Assembly: GCA_002269645.1 (NCBI GenBank)
Contig: NIVC01000114.1
Coordinates: 310,001-374,000, forward strand
Direction of reading: 5' to 3'
DNA: 64,000 nt
DNA from: Macrostomum lignano
Lineage: Eukaryota
The position numbers and the translations under genes are program-made. Shown one piece after another: positions 43,722 through 57,700 of this stretch (its first letter is position 1; the number at the start of each line of letters is the position of its first letter). A model generated the notes under the pieces. That model did not search any database, was not told the DNA's origin, and worked only from the letters and a program-made list of their open reading frames with translations.

Positions 43722-44754
43722 GAAACCCTGTCGAACAGGTAATAAAATCTTTCACTTTAACAAATAAAGTTGACTAATTAAAGATAAATTGCGCATTATT
43801 TACTGATTAAGCTGTGAATTAGCACAGCCGCTATAATTATTTTATAACCCGTAGAAAATTATATTATGGCGTATAACAGGTGCAAATTAAATTCCAGCAA
43901 TATTGGAAAATTCCAGCCTCCGATAATGTCTATAATATTATGGGTTTTGTATAGCAAAGTTTGGATTTTTGTCTTGCCTTTTTACGCAGCAGGCAGATTG
44001 CATACAAATTATCGAGTGCATTGTACGCAAAGGTTAGATGCTTTGCAAAAGAGAATTAATACGATACAATACCATAACGAAGTACTTTTATCATACGTGC
44101 GTATAAATCAAAATAAAAATGCGCTACTCTCGTATACAGAGGATAAACAAAAAAACTATAAATCAATGGCGCAGCCAAACGCACACAGAAACGAGTTTAT
44201 ATCAAAATACGAACGAACATCGCAATTAAACAAAACATCAAAAATAGGCTTGTAGAACAGAATAAACTGCTGTTTTAGTTGATTTGCACTTTTTAACATC
44301 AATCAGATTTATTTACTTTACGCTACTAAGAGTCGAATAAATTATTCTGAATTTTTTATAGGTAATGATCGCAATTTATCAATTGGATTAAGAATTTATG
44401 ACATTCGAATGCTCTTTGCGTGCTGATTTCGATAATGTACTTTTAATAACGCGGATAGGATAATATATGAATTAATATATTTATAATTAGGTTTAGTGCG
44501 CATTATAGGATAGATATAATTTGAAATGACGAGTTTACATGGGCTTCGCCGTGGATTTTATTGGAGTACATTAGGTGTTGAGGTGTTGTCAGCGTTCATT
44601 TTGGCGCCCTGCCCTGAAGCAGAATTACTGATTTCCATAGCGGGTCATAGCTTTTACGGTGCCCCCCCCCATGGCGACGCCCCTCAGGGAGTATTTTTAA
44701 TAATTTATTTAATATTCGAGAAATACGTTATTCAAAACTTCATCTTGATTCATC

Positions 44755-45048
44755 TTAACCAATAATAATATCAAACTCTTTCAACAAGGTATCAGAGCCG
44801 TCCGATAGGCGCAAATAGACCAGCCAATAAATAATGTTAAATACACTGAAGCATAATGGAAATAGAATTCTGGAATACTTGTCAATAGATGAGGCGCCCT
44901 GTGTTGTTATGCACAAGCGCCGTCTGCATTGAACGCTGTGAAGCATGCCGCCAACTACAGCATCAGTTTCGCTGCCCTGCGCGGCTAAGACACTGTGCCG
45001 GCTAGGATTGCACATTACGCGACTGTCCGACAAGCCTGCAGCCGAGTC
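44755..45048 (-). CDS. Terminal exon of a Cys-loop ligand-gated anion channel subunit (GABA-A/glycine/GluCl-like): end of M3-M4 loop plus TM4; partial
   Basis: SSIDKYSRILFPLCFSVFNIIYWLVYL matches the IDxxSRxxFPxxFxxFNxxYWxxY TM4 signature; phase-0 acceptor TTTTTTGGCAG at 45049-45059. No upstream channel exons recognised in the window. Confidence 0.8.
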   Translation of the reverse strand, partial: DSAAGLSDSRVMCNPSRHSVLAAQGSETDAVVGGMLHSVQCRRRLCITTQGASSIDKYSRILFPLCFSVFNIIYWLVYLRLSDGSDTLLKEFDIIIG

Positions 45049-46639
45049 CTGCCAAAAAATCGATGATTGGAGTGAATTGAATTTGTTTGTGTTTGGCTTG
45101 GCGTACGTGAAGGAGAGGCCGTACAAAAGGTTGGGGTTAAGGCTTGTTTTTGTGACTCATCCACTGTCCGCGCGGGGCACGCGCTATCTTAATTGGGCCG
45201 GGGCTGGTTGGGGTTAATTGGATAGGAAGGTCATTCTGAGAGAGAGGGTAAGGCGAATCGATTAAATGGGTTGGCGCTGCCGGTCGTCTCTGATTGGCTG
45301 GCGGCAAAATCCAGCCCACGCGCCGGCCTTTACCACGGCGGAGGAGAGGAGGGTGCTTTCCGGCGGCTTTGGTACGGCTTTGGGGTGTGTTGGCGTGCTG
45401 ACCAATTTTAGTTTGGTTTTGTGGAGGCTTTAATTTCCCCACCTCCCCAGCTTTTAACACAGTGCCTTGGTCAGTCAAGCCTTCTATACTTTAACTTTGT
45501 GTAGTTTTGGACCTGCCGTATCGTCTCTGCCAAATAACACCAGCAGAGAAAATTACAATCACTCACAACAACACAGGCCTAGACTAGCTTGATAGCTACG
45601 AATTGCAAGGCCCAGCCTTTCGTCATTCGAGATTTAAGTACGACAAAAATTCTGCCAAAGTTAAAATTAAATTAATAACATAGAAGACACAACTAAGGTG
45701 AGTAAACTGCAGTAAACTGGTGAGTAAACTGCATTATGTATGAGAATTTAAGTTCCATGATAATTCGTATTCCATCCTATCATGGGCAGAGAGATCAGAT
45801 AGAACTTCTATTTCGTAAGGTTTTTTAAGCCCTGAATGGCCTGAAATTTTCGGAACTTGTCGGCGTCCACATTTCTTCGATTCACCAATATACCTATGAG
45901 TATAAAGTTCGCTTTGGTATAGAATAATATTAGTACGCTTGTGTGTTTGCCTTCCAAACATCTGCCAGTAATGAGCTGAGTGATAGAGAGACAGTAAGCC
46001 TTGTGTACACATGTATAATACACGGGATCAGACTTCAATCTCTTCTTTAATCCTCCTGGGTTCAAGATTCCGCAAAGAAGTCCGGATTAAATGGCTGCTG
46101 ATTGTTTGAGGAGAGGTGGAGTTTGGGACTTAAGAGAGAGGACATGAGCTGGCAGAGACAAAATCCCAACTTCTAAATAGTCTTCTGCATGGGACCTGGC
46201 TGACCTTGTAAAACGGAAGTACTGGTCTGGGATCGACTGTCAATCCGATCCATCTCTTATTCAACAACAATATTATAAGAATAAAATCGCCAATGTGTTC
46301 TTTTACGTTCACTATCGGCTTCCATACTACAAAAGCTGTAGATAGGACCAGGCCCAAAAAGCTTATTTTCTATATTTTCCGCGGAATTTTGTCATCTGTT
46401 TTGTTGAATGTAGACTTTTAAATCTAACCTTATAAATTATGCTATGCATGATCCCCCTTTGATCTCCTTTATCCTAAACCCACTTCCACTGACCCCTCTA
46501 TCTGACCCGTCCTGACCCCACTTTTCAGAGCTCTCTTTCCTAAAAATCTGTCCCATTAAATCTCATTAATTTCTTTATCATATGACTCATTTTTAGTCAT
46601 GGGCCCTCTCTTCTACAAATGTAATAGTCCCTACCTACT

Positions 46640-47350
46640 TCCCATGACCCTCTTCCATTGACCCCTCTTTCACTGACCGCCTTCCAATGACCCCTCTTCT
46701 AATGACCCCTCTTCTAACGACCCCCTTTCTAATGACCCCTCTTCCAATGACCCCTCTTCTAATGACCCATCTTCTAACGATCCTATTCCCATGACCCATC
46801 TTCTAATGACCCCTCTTCCCATGACCCCTCTTTCATGACCCTTCTTCCCATGGCATAACCTCTCTTCCTATGACCTTTTTATGACCCCCTCTTCCCATGA
46901 CTTCTCTTCTATATTTTTTCATATGACCCTCTTCCCATGACTTATTTTCCATGACCCCTCTTCCCATGACCCCTCAATGCTCTTCCAATGACCCCTCTTC
47001 CCATGACCCCTCTTCTAATGTTCTTCCAATGACCCGTCTGCCATGACCTCTCTCCCATGACCCCTCATCCCGTGACCTCTCTTCTAATGTTCTTCCAATG
47101 ACCCCTCTCCCATGGGCATGACCCCTCATCCCGTGACCCCTCTTCCTATGACCCCCTCTTCACATGACCCTCTTCCCATGACCCCTCTTCCAATGAGTCC
47201 CTCTTCCTACGAGTATGACCCCTCTTCCAACGAGCCTCTCCCTATGACCCATATTCTAATGTTCTTTCAATGACCCCTCTCCCAATAAGCCCCTCTTCTA
47301 ATGACCCCTCTCCCATGACCCCCTCTTCCCATGACCCCCGATGACCTCTC
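46640..47350. repeat. Degenerate 14-15-bp minisatellite
   Basis: Unit (A/C)ATGACCCCTCTTCC. Confidence 0.88.
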
Positions 47351-48002
47351 TCTCAAGATCCCCTGTTGCCATGAACCCTCTTCATAGTTCGCAGTTATAA
47401 AAGTCACAAAATTGTAACACAAGAACGGGGTAAAAAGCAAACAGAAAAATAACCCGCATGCCATCCTTATTGGAACCATGCTTCATGCTTTCTATCTAAA
47501 GTTCACTAGTACAAAATTACAAATCCACAACAGGCTATTAATACTTTAATAAATAAGTAATATTTTCTAAATAAAGCAAACTATGATTTTGAATGCAGCA
47601 CAATCAATCTCCTTATTATTTTAACCGTTTGACGATGCCAATATCGGTGAATTCTTCGCAGCTTTGGCTGTTTGTTAGCTAACCGAGCAGCTCTCAGTTC
47701 TGCATTGCACGGATACAGCTGTCGATAATAGTACATTGGCCGGATTTGTGGGCTGTGATCCTGTATAGGTTGTGGAGTGCATTAGATTGCAGATTTTGAA
47801 TTGATTGTTTTCTTCGCAACTTCATTTATCTTTATAGCTTGTATTATCCAAACTTTGTATTTGCATTGTACACACTAGTCATTTAGATTGGAACTTTCTA
47901 TTTTTGTACCGAGTGGATTTATATAATTGTTACTGTTTATTTTTATCAGTAGAGATAATATTTCAGATTGATTGTTTCAATTAGACTGCTCAATAATATT
48001 CT

Positions 48003-48628
48003 GTCAGTTGGGGTTGCAGCCTCTCTCCCTCTGGGCTTCAGTCAGTTGGGGTTGCAGCCTCCCCCCCTCTGGGCTTCAGTCAGTTGGGGTTGCAGCCTCT
48101 CCCCCTCTGGGCTTCAGTCAGTTGGGGTTGCAGCCTTTCCCCCTCTGGGCTTCAGTCAGTTGGGGTTGCAGCCTCTCCCCCTCTGGGCTTCAGTCAGTTG
48201 GGTTTGCAGCCTTTCCCCCTCTGGGCTTTAGTCAGTTTGGGTTGCAGCCTTTCCCCCTCTGGGCTTCAGTCAGTTGGGGTTGCAGCCTCCCCCCCTCTGG
48301 GCTTCAGTCAGTTGGGGTTGCAGCCTCTCCCCCTCTGGGCTTCAGTCAGTTGGGGTTGCAGCCTCTCCCCCTCTGGGCTTCAGTCAGTTGGGGTTGCAGC
48401 CTCTCCCTCTGGGCTTCAGTCAGTTGGGGTTGCAGCCTCTCCCTCTGGGCTTCAGTCAGTTGGGGTTGCAGCCTCTCTCCCTCTGTGGGCTTCAGTCAGT
48501 TGGAGTTGCAGCCTCTCTCCCTCTCTGGGCTTCAGTCAGTTGGGGTTGCAGCCTCTCCCTCTGGGCTTCAGTCAGTTGGGGTTGCAGCCTCTCTCCCCCT
48601 CTGGGCTTAGTCAGTTGGGGTTGCAGCT
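48003..48628. repeat. ~38-bp minisatellite immediately upstream of the giant membrane-protein gene
   Basis: Unit GGGCTTCAGTCAGTTGGGGTTGCAGCCTCTCCCCCTCT, about 16 copies. Confidence 0.95.
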
Positions 48629-48735
48629 ACCCTTTTCCTCAGTTCTTCAGTCTATTTAGTCAAATATATCTTGACTCCGTCACCCACCCTTCCCCAGATC
48701 ATCTACCGAGAGCGGACTCGTTGGGCAGCCAGAAC

Positions 48736-51700
48736 ATGCCCAATCATCTGGCCGACAGCCATCGTCTATGGCCAATCCTGATCGTCTTCCTGACCGGTGC
48801 TCCGGTCGGCCTGCTAGCGTCTGGAGTTTGCGAGCGACCACCGGATCCCAGCGTGGCCTATCCCATGTACAACCGCCTGTTGAACATCCGACTGCCGCTT
48901 CGCCAAGACCCGGAGACCAGAGGCTGGACAGCAGCCGCGCTGCGCTCCGGTCCCGACGGCCTCACAACTGCCGGCCTGTACGAGCTCCGCCACCTCCTAG
49001 CAACCGTCTTCCCCGGCAAGCTATGGGTGCACGACGCGTCATCTGCCTGGCTGGAAGCCAACGGCACCCAGTTGGGAATGCGAGATCTCATTGTTGAGCT
49101 GAACTCGCCAGCAGACTCCGACCACTGCAGCCACGTGTTCCAGCAGCACCTGTTTATGGCCGCAGAGACTCGCGCCGCTGATACGCACTTCAATCTCAGA
49201 CAGTTCTCCGACATTAGAGTCGAATATCACTACCTGTTTGGCGCCTGCCAGCCTTCAAAAGAGGAGACTGTGCACTTTTTCGGCGCCCTGAGGTTGGACA
49301 AATCCGAGAGCGCCTGTAGAAACTTGGCTAGCGCGCAGGATGCAGCAGCGACTGCGGCTGCTGGACTACCGGCGGATCTGCACCGCCTCACCGACCGGCT
49401 GTTCTTCATGCCGTCTAGCAGGTTCAACTCCACTGCACCTGCCAGCAATGCAACCAGCAGCGGCTTGATTGTCAGCGGCGGTGCACCTTTGCCAATCATC
49501 CTGCAGTCCAACTCTCGCCTGTTAGCCTTCATCATTGACTTTCGCCTTCGCGTAGACAATCCAACTACTGACTGGCTCATGTTGGACTCGGATATTGCTC
49601 AGCGCTATGCTCAACTGTCCCGTCACAGCGACGATTATGGCGTGCAGAGGCAGGGAGCGGCGCCCAGCTGTTTGAACTATCTGAACTTTGCCAGCCCACC
49701 GGCTACTCAACTGGCCGCCAGCTGCGTCGCCTGCTACGACATCTCAGCCTCCGTGTCTGTCAACATCAGCCTGAGCGAGTCTGCCGACATCCGGCCGCCT
49801 CAATGCGAAACCATCGCCTCGGTGCGCGCCGACAATAGCAGGCGCGTGATTGAAACTCGAGATATCTTGGCCTCCCTAGCTAGGAGCAACAGCACCGCTC
49901 ACCTGTTTGTGCCAGCCAATCATAGCAGCGCATACGTGCACATCCGGTCAGTGTCCTGCAGCGCCCAGCCCAAGCGTCTGGTTGTTGATCTGTCCATCAA
50001 ACTGAAAGCTCGCCACCCGGCACTGCTGCGCTATCCGCTGGTGCTGCAGTCCGGCCTGCAGCGCAACATCAATGCCTACCTGGTCAGGAAGCACCTGGGC
50101 TTGGCTAGTGTACGCCTGTCACAGCCTGTGTCCGCTTACAGCTCCGACTGCGGCAACGGCGGCAACGGCAAACCAGCGCCTGACAATGACCTGACCCTGC
50201 TAACCAGGCTCTGTGCAACAGCTAAGCTGGCCGGCTCTGTAAGCATCCTGAGACAGCAGTTCCAGCTCAGCTTAGACCGACAATCTCTTCTAGCACAGGT
50301 GCCAATAAGCCGGCCTGACCTGACCACCGGCCTAATTAGATTTTTTCTCATCGCTGCGGTATCTCAGATTGACAAGCCCGAGTACAGATCCTTGACTAGC
50401 AATCTGTCGCTGAGCGTGTCGCATCAGGTCGCTGGCAAAACTTCCAACGCTGCTGTTGCTGTCATCGACGTCAAAGTGTCGTACGCTGTTAACGACTCTT
50501 TCAAGAGCTCCGACGCCGCCGACTTCAACGCTCGATTTGTTCGTTCAATCCGTTTAATCAGCGGCGACTTTGGACCCCTGACTACTTTGAACTCCGCGGC
50601 CAATGTTGAGCGTCGCTCCTGCAACGCTGCCGCCACTGCCACGCCGGGGCCGGCGACAACGCCGAGTCCGACTCCAACGCCGAAAAAACCAGACGGCAGC
50701 ACCGCCGATCTCGATGCCAACCATGCACTTCGGCTGGTGTTCACCGTCAGCTCCAAGCTGCTGTACGGCGGCCGCATCGGTGACTACCTGCTGACTAGCG
50801 GCCTCAATGCTGCCCTGCGGCGCGCCGGTCTGCGTGATATTGAAGATGTCGATTTGACTGCCAAGGACTGTCGGGCTGGCGACACGTGTAGGGTGAGTTG
50901 TCTGACAGATTGTATTTTGTTGTTGCTTTCCTGATACTTAATGAGATTTTTACCTGACACCTGGTACTTAATGAGGTGCTTCGCGGACACTTAATGAGGC
51001 GCTCTTCTGACACTTAATGTTGTGTTTTCCTGACACTAAATGAGGTGCTCTCCTGACACTAAATGAGGTGCTCTCCTGACACTTAATGAGGTGCTCTCCT
51101 GACACTAAATGAGGTGCTCTCCTGACACTAAATGAGGTGCTCTCCTGACACTAAATGAGGTGCTCTCCTGACACTTAATGAGTTGCTCTCCTGACACTTA
51201 CTTGGGTGCTTCCCTGACACTAAATGAGGTGCTCTCCTGACACTAAATGAGGTGCTCTCCTGACACTTAATGAGGTGCTCTCCTGACACTTACTTGGGTG
51301 CTTCCCTGACACTTAATGAGGTGCTCTCCTGACACTAAATGAGGTGCTCTCCTGACACTTAATGAGTTGCTCTCCTGACACTTACTTGGGTGCTTCCCTG
51401 ACACTAAATGAGGTGCTCTCCTGACACTAAATGAGGTGCTCTCCTGACACTTAATGAGGTGCTCTCCTGACACTTACTTGGGTGCTTCCCTGACACTTAA
51501 TGAGGTGCTCTCCTGACACTAAATGAGGTGCTCTCCTGACACTAAATGAGGTTCTCTCCTGACACTAAATGAGGTGCTCTCCTGACACTTAATGAGGTGC
51601 TCTCCTGACACTTACTTGGGTGCTTCCCTGACACTAAATGAGGTGCTCTCCTGACACTAAATGAGGTGCTCTCCTGACACTTAATGAGGTGCTCTCCTGA

Positions 51701-54700
51701 CACTTACTTGGGTGCTTCCCTGACACTTAATGAGGTGCTCTCCTGACACTAAATGAGGTGCTCTCCTGACACTTAATGAGTTGCTCTCCTGACACTTACT
51801 TGGGTGCTTCCCTGACACTAAATGAGGTGCTCTCCTGACACTAAATGAGGTGCTCTCCTGACACTTAATGAGGTGCTCTCCTGACACTTACTTGGGTGCT
51901 TCCCTGACACTTAATGAGGTGCTCTCCTGACACTAAATGAGGTGCTCTCCTGACACTAAATGAGGTGCTCTCCTGACACTAAATGAGGTGCTCTCCTGAC
52001 ACTTAATGAGGTGCTCTCCTGACACTTACTTGGGTGCTTCCCTGACACTAAATGAGGTGCTCTCCTGACACTAAATGAGGTGCTCTCCTGACACTTAATG
52101 AGGTGCTCTCCTGACACTTACTTGGGTGCTTCCCTGACACTTAATGAGGTGCTCTCCTGACACTAAATGAGGTGCTCTCCTGACACTAAATGAGGTTCTC
52201 TCCTGACACTAAATGAGGTGCTCTCCTGACACTTAATGAGGTGCTCTCCTGACACTTACTTGGGTGCTTCCCTGACACTAAATGAGGTGCTCTCCTGACA
52301 CTAAATGAGGTGCTCTCCTGACACTTAATGAGGTGCTCTCCTGACACTTACTTGGGTGCTTCCCTGACACTTAATGAGGTGCTCTCCTGACACTAAATGA
52401 GGTGCTCTCCTGACACTTAATGAGTTGCTCTCCTGACACTTACTTGGGTGCTTCCCTGACACTAAATGAGGTGCTCTCCTGACACTAAATGAGGTGCTCT
52501 CCTGACACTTAATGAGGTGCTCTCCTGACACTTACTTGGGTGCTTCCCTGACACTTAATGAGGTGCTCTCCTGACACTAAATGAGGTGCTCTCCTGACAC
52601 TAAATGAGGTGCTCTCCTGACACTAAATGAGGTGCTCTCCTGACACTTAATGAGGTGCTCTCCTGACACTTACTTGGGTGCTTCCCTGACACTAAATGAG
52701 GTGCTCTCCTGACACTAAATGAGTTGCCTCCCTGATACTAAATGAGGTGCTCTCCTGACACTTACTTGGGTGCTTTCCTGACACAAAATAAGGTGCTCTC
52801 CTGACACTAAATGATGTGCTTTCCTGACACTGAATGAGGTGCACTCTTGATACTAAACGAGGTGCTCCGATCTCCGATCTCCTACTAAAGGAAGTGCTCT
52901 CCTGACACTTACTGGGGTGCTTCCCCGACACTTACTGAGGTTTTTCCCTGACACTTACTGAGGTTCTCCCTGACACTTACTGAGGTTTTTCGCTGACACT
53001 TACTGAGGTTCTCCCTGACACCTACTGAGATTCTCCCTGACACTTACTGAGGTTCTCCCTGACACTTACTGAGGTTCTCCCTGACACTTACTGAGGTTTT
53101 TCGCTGACACTTACTGAGGTTCTCCCTGACACCTACTGAGATTCTCCCTGACACTTACTGAGGTTTTCCCTGACGCTGCTTTTTGCAATATTTGAAACCA
53201 ATTTTTACACTAAAAAACTGTTAGCCACAATGACTATAATCCATTTCAAAACTACCTTATTATCGCTCGCAGATCACGGCCATGATATTGTGCAGCAACC
53301 ACAGCAGCAGCAGCAGCAATGCTACATCACCCGGTATGCACGACATCACCCTGACAGCTCTAACAGCCTCTCTATCCGGCGACTCCCTGCTTCAACCGGT
53401 GGACCTACGCGCCGACATTGTGCCCACTCTGCCGCCTCAACAGATCCCGGCCTCTTCAATAATCTATCGCTACGCAACGTCGAGTTATTTCAACCGACCA
53501 CCGCCAGTGATGGGGTCAACCAGCATCGCACCGGTCCGCCTGACCATCCTGTGGCGCTTGGTCTCCGTCAATGCATCCGCGCCGTTGGCCTATCGCAGCT
53601 GGCCAACTAATCCGCAATCTAGCGGCGCCAACCGGCTGCAATTCCTGCTCGAACAGATGCTAGTAGATCTGCTTGGAGGGCGGCTCGTGTCTTGGCCAGT
53701 GGCTGTCAGATACAAATCCGATTCTAAACTGGCTCGGCTAGACGCTCTGGTAGCTCTGGATGCCAAGTCGCCTCTGGCCAGACTGTCTGATGAGGCATCG
53801 GCTACTGCCGATAAAATGCCGCTATTTAGCTTTGTGAGACTGTCGGATCTTCGATTGTCGGGCCAGCCAACCGCTTCTGGACTGTTCAACAGCGCACTCA
53901 TGCTGCAGACCTACTTGTTGCGGAATTTTGTTAGCAATGCCACTCTGCAGGTGAGGCCTATTTTTCATAGTTATTTGATTTTCATTTATCATGAAGTTCA
54001 TTGAGTGGGTCATATAGTCTACCTAGTGGGTCATAGCGTCTATCGGGTGGGTCATTCGAGTCCATGGAAGTCATAGTCTATCTATTAGGTCATAATCTAT
54101 CGGGGGTTTATTGAGCGTCTATCTGGTGGTCATAGAGTATCGCGTGGGTCAGTCTATCGGGTGGGTCATAGTGTCTGTCGAATGAGTGAGTCATAGTGTC
54201 TGTCGAATGAGTGAATCATAGTGTCTGTCGAATGAGTGAGTCATAGTGTCTGTCGAATGAGTGAGTCATAGTCTATCGGGTGTTTCATAGTGTCTATCAG
54301 GTGGGTCAGAGTGTCTATCGGGTGGGTCATTGAGTGTATCTATCAGGTGGGTCAGAGTGTCTATCGGGTGGGTCATTGAGTGTCTATCAGGTGGGTCATT
54401 GAGTGTATATCAGGTGGGTCAGTGTATCTATCGGGTGGATCAGTGTATCTATCGGGTGGGTCATTGAGTGTCTATCAGGTGGGTCATTGAGTGTATATCA
54501 GGTGGGTCATTGAGTGTATATCAGGTGGGTCATTGAGTGTATATCAGGTGGGTCAGTGTATCTATCGGGTGGATCAGTGTATCTATCGGGTGGGTCATTG
54601 AGTGTCTATCAGGTGGGTCATTGAGTGTATATCAGGTGGGTCAGTGTATCTATCGGGTGGATCAGTGTATCTATCGGGTGGGTCATTGAGTGTCTATCAG

Positions 54701-57700
54701 GTGGGTCATTGAGTGTATATCAGGTGGGTCATAGTGTCTATCGGGTGGATCAGTGTGTCTATCGGGTGGGTCATTGAGTGTATATCAGGTGGGTCATTGA
54801 GTATATATCAGGTGGGTCATTGAGTGTATATCAGGTGGGTCATTGAGTGTATATCAGGTGGGTCATTGAGTGTATATCAGGTGGGTCATTGAGTGTATAT
54901 CAGGTGGGTCATTGAGTGTATATCAGGTGGGTCATAGTGTCTATCGGGTGGATCAGTGTGTCTATCGGGTGGGTCATTGAGTGTCTATCAGGTGGGTCAT
55001 TGAGTATATATCAGGTGGGTCATTGAGTGTATATCAAGTGGGTCATAGTATCTATCATATGGGTCATAGTGTCCATCAGATGGGTCATATTGTCTATCAG
55101 GTGGGTCATAGTGTATCAGATGGGTCATAATGTCTATCAGGTGGTTCATGGAGTCATGGAGGGGGTCATACACCCGAGAAGTGGTCATGCACCGGAAAGC
55201 ACATTATTAGAGCTTTGCGACTTTGTAGTTCAGAATTTCGCCTGCAGTTCAACCCAGTCCATCCCTAACACCCCCCTCTCCCAGGCCATGCCCGAGAGCG
55301 ACCTTCACCGCCTGCTCTCCGGCAAGCTGCGCTTCGTCCAGTCGGTCATTTTCTCCGGCCAGCAGGGCCGGCCCCAGCTGGTCAGCTTCGAGTACAGAGC
55401 CCGCCGTCAGCTCGATGCCAGCATTCGAATTGATGGCCTCAGCCGTATCGCCTGGCCGGCAAATAGAACTGCAGTCTCAGCAACTGGAGCTAATTTCGAT
55501 GAGACCTCGCTGAGCAAGCTGATCAACTCTGAGCTTGAGGCTCTTCAAGCCAATGTTAACGTGTTTCCACTGGTGTTTGACAATCAGAGCTCCACATTGC
55601 GCCTGCTGGACACTCGAACTGGCCTGACAGCTCCGCGCTGGTGCGACCTGCTGCTCCGGTTCCGTCCTTCGCCCGCCGACATTGCCGTAGCTGCCGCCGA
55701 CGCCTCCTGGCTGCCGGTAGCCAATCGCCTGTCGGCTTGGCTCGGTGCCAACGCCAGTCACGTGACCGTTCTGTCGCTGCCCACGGATCCGTCTGGCACC
55801 ATCGAGGCCTTGGCAGTGGTGCCGCAGGCTGGCGCCGCCGTCAGCTGCTCCCAGGTGGCTGTCCAACTGTTGAACTGGTCGGCCACGGCTACCAGCGACA
55901 AGCGACTGATCGCGGCCAGGTCTCTGTCTGACAATGTCCTCTCGACAAGTGACGGTCCGTCCACAGCGAACCTGACTGTCCTGGTGCGCCACTCCGCTCT
56001 GCAGCCGTTCAGCCGGCAGAGCAGCGACTCATCCGGCGAGTATTTCTGCTTCCTCATCACCTGGGCTCACGCTCTGTTCAATACCAATAGCGAAGGCGGA
56101 GTCTGCGTCTCTAATCTGGTTGAGCAGCATCGAATTCGACTCAATCCGCTGTCCAATGCCACCTCGGCTGCTCTGCAACTGTCAACCGTGTCAGCCTTCA
56201 CCAGCATGCCGCCAGACACCGTCATGCAGCGCTTCTGGGCCTTCAAGAACTTCTACCTGTCATCCAATGAGTCCTTCATCGATCTGGACCGGATGCGCCT
56301 GCAGCAGCTGGATCAGCAGCGGCCCAACTCCAGCGAGGACTCCTATGCTAGCCTCATCATCAGGCAGCTGCCTCCGGCTCCAGAGCATCGGGTTGTCAAT
56401 GTCAGCACAGTTGCTATGGAAACTACAACTGCGGCTACCGTTGTCCAGACTTCAGTGGCAACATCAGAAGCGACTACTGCAACAACTACTACTGCTGCTG
56501 CTACTGATGAGGCAAAAGCTACACCAGCTCCCGGAGGTCCTCTGCCAACAACCCAGCAGACTCTTAAAGGTGCTACAGCTGCAGCTACCACAACTCCAGC
56601 TCCGACATCTCCGCACCCGATGGGACCTGACTACATTCCTATCGATCGCATGGCAACTCTAAGCATCAACTTGAGCATGCCAGCTGATCCCTGGCTAGCT
56701 CGCTACTTCTTGGCAGCGGCGGCACCTCAAAGCGCCAATCAAACTTCTGCTGAAGAAGCCAAAGCCCTTAGCGACTATCTGCTCAAGTCAGCTCTTCAAC
56801 AGAGTCTGCAACGTTCCGCTTGGCAGATTGCTTCCGATGAGATTGGCGCAGTTAGAATCTCTGTGGACTCCAACAGCATGACCATCTACATCAGCGTTGA
56901 CTTGCTTCTGCCTGCCAGTAGAAACATTGCCGATTTAGAGTCGGTCCTGCGCACTGGCGTGGATCAGTCTATGCTGCTGAGCACAGTGTTCTCAAAGCGA
57001 GCCTACTCAGTGCTGATTGTCAATTTACCTACCAGACGCTACCTGTACCGGCCTCAGCCTGCCGTAGCAACACCTCAGCCGCCGCCTGCTTCAGCTCGCC
57101 TGTCCATCGACCAGACCATGCTGATTAGACTCGCGGACACCGCGCCAGACTACCTGCGACTGAGAACTGTAGGCGGCATGGACTCTAGCGCGAGGGAGGA
57201 CCTGCTGTTGGACTTCCTGTTCCAGCAGCTGGTCGCCGACGCCTGCGGCAGCCAGCAGTTGATTGGGCGGCCGCGACTCATTCGTTACAAAGCCGACAAG
57301 GAGCTGGCTCTGCTCCAGCTGAGATATGACATCAGCCAGGTGAATGCGAGCAGACTGAAGCTGTTCAGCTCCGACTTTGCCTCGGCCTGGCAGCGTCGGC
57401 AACCGTCAGCCAGCACTCTGCGCAGCATCCTGTACCTGGACTTCCGGTCTGGCCCGCCACCGCCTCATCGCGGCCTGCTGCTCTACCAGCGCCTCCGTCT
57501 GGAGAGCTACATCAACAAGAAGTCGCTCATGTCGCTGCCGTCAGACTACCTGGCATTGCTGTTGCGGCCCAAGATTCGATACGTCATGCAACAGGTGTTC
57601 CCCGGTGGCAGCGCCTCCGTGCCGCAGTTCCTCGACGTTGACGCCACCTACGCGAAGAAGGACGGCGCTCTGGAGATTGTCGCCCTGACTCGGGTGGCCA

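Noticed and set aside
45137-46357. Short minus-strand ORFs as upstream exons of the Cys-loop channel
   Set aside because: No TM2/TM3 or Cys-loop motifs, and the visible donor phase does not match the phase-0 acceptor at 45048.
48274-48735. N-terminal extension of the 886-aa ORF
   Set aside because: Non-ATG start inside the 38-bp array; the signal-peptide-like sequence begins at ATG 48736.
55027-55284. 5' part of the 1830-aa ORF
   Set aside because: Intronic repeat read-through; repeat alignment supports the acceptor at 55284.
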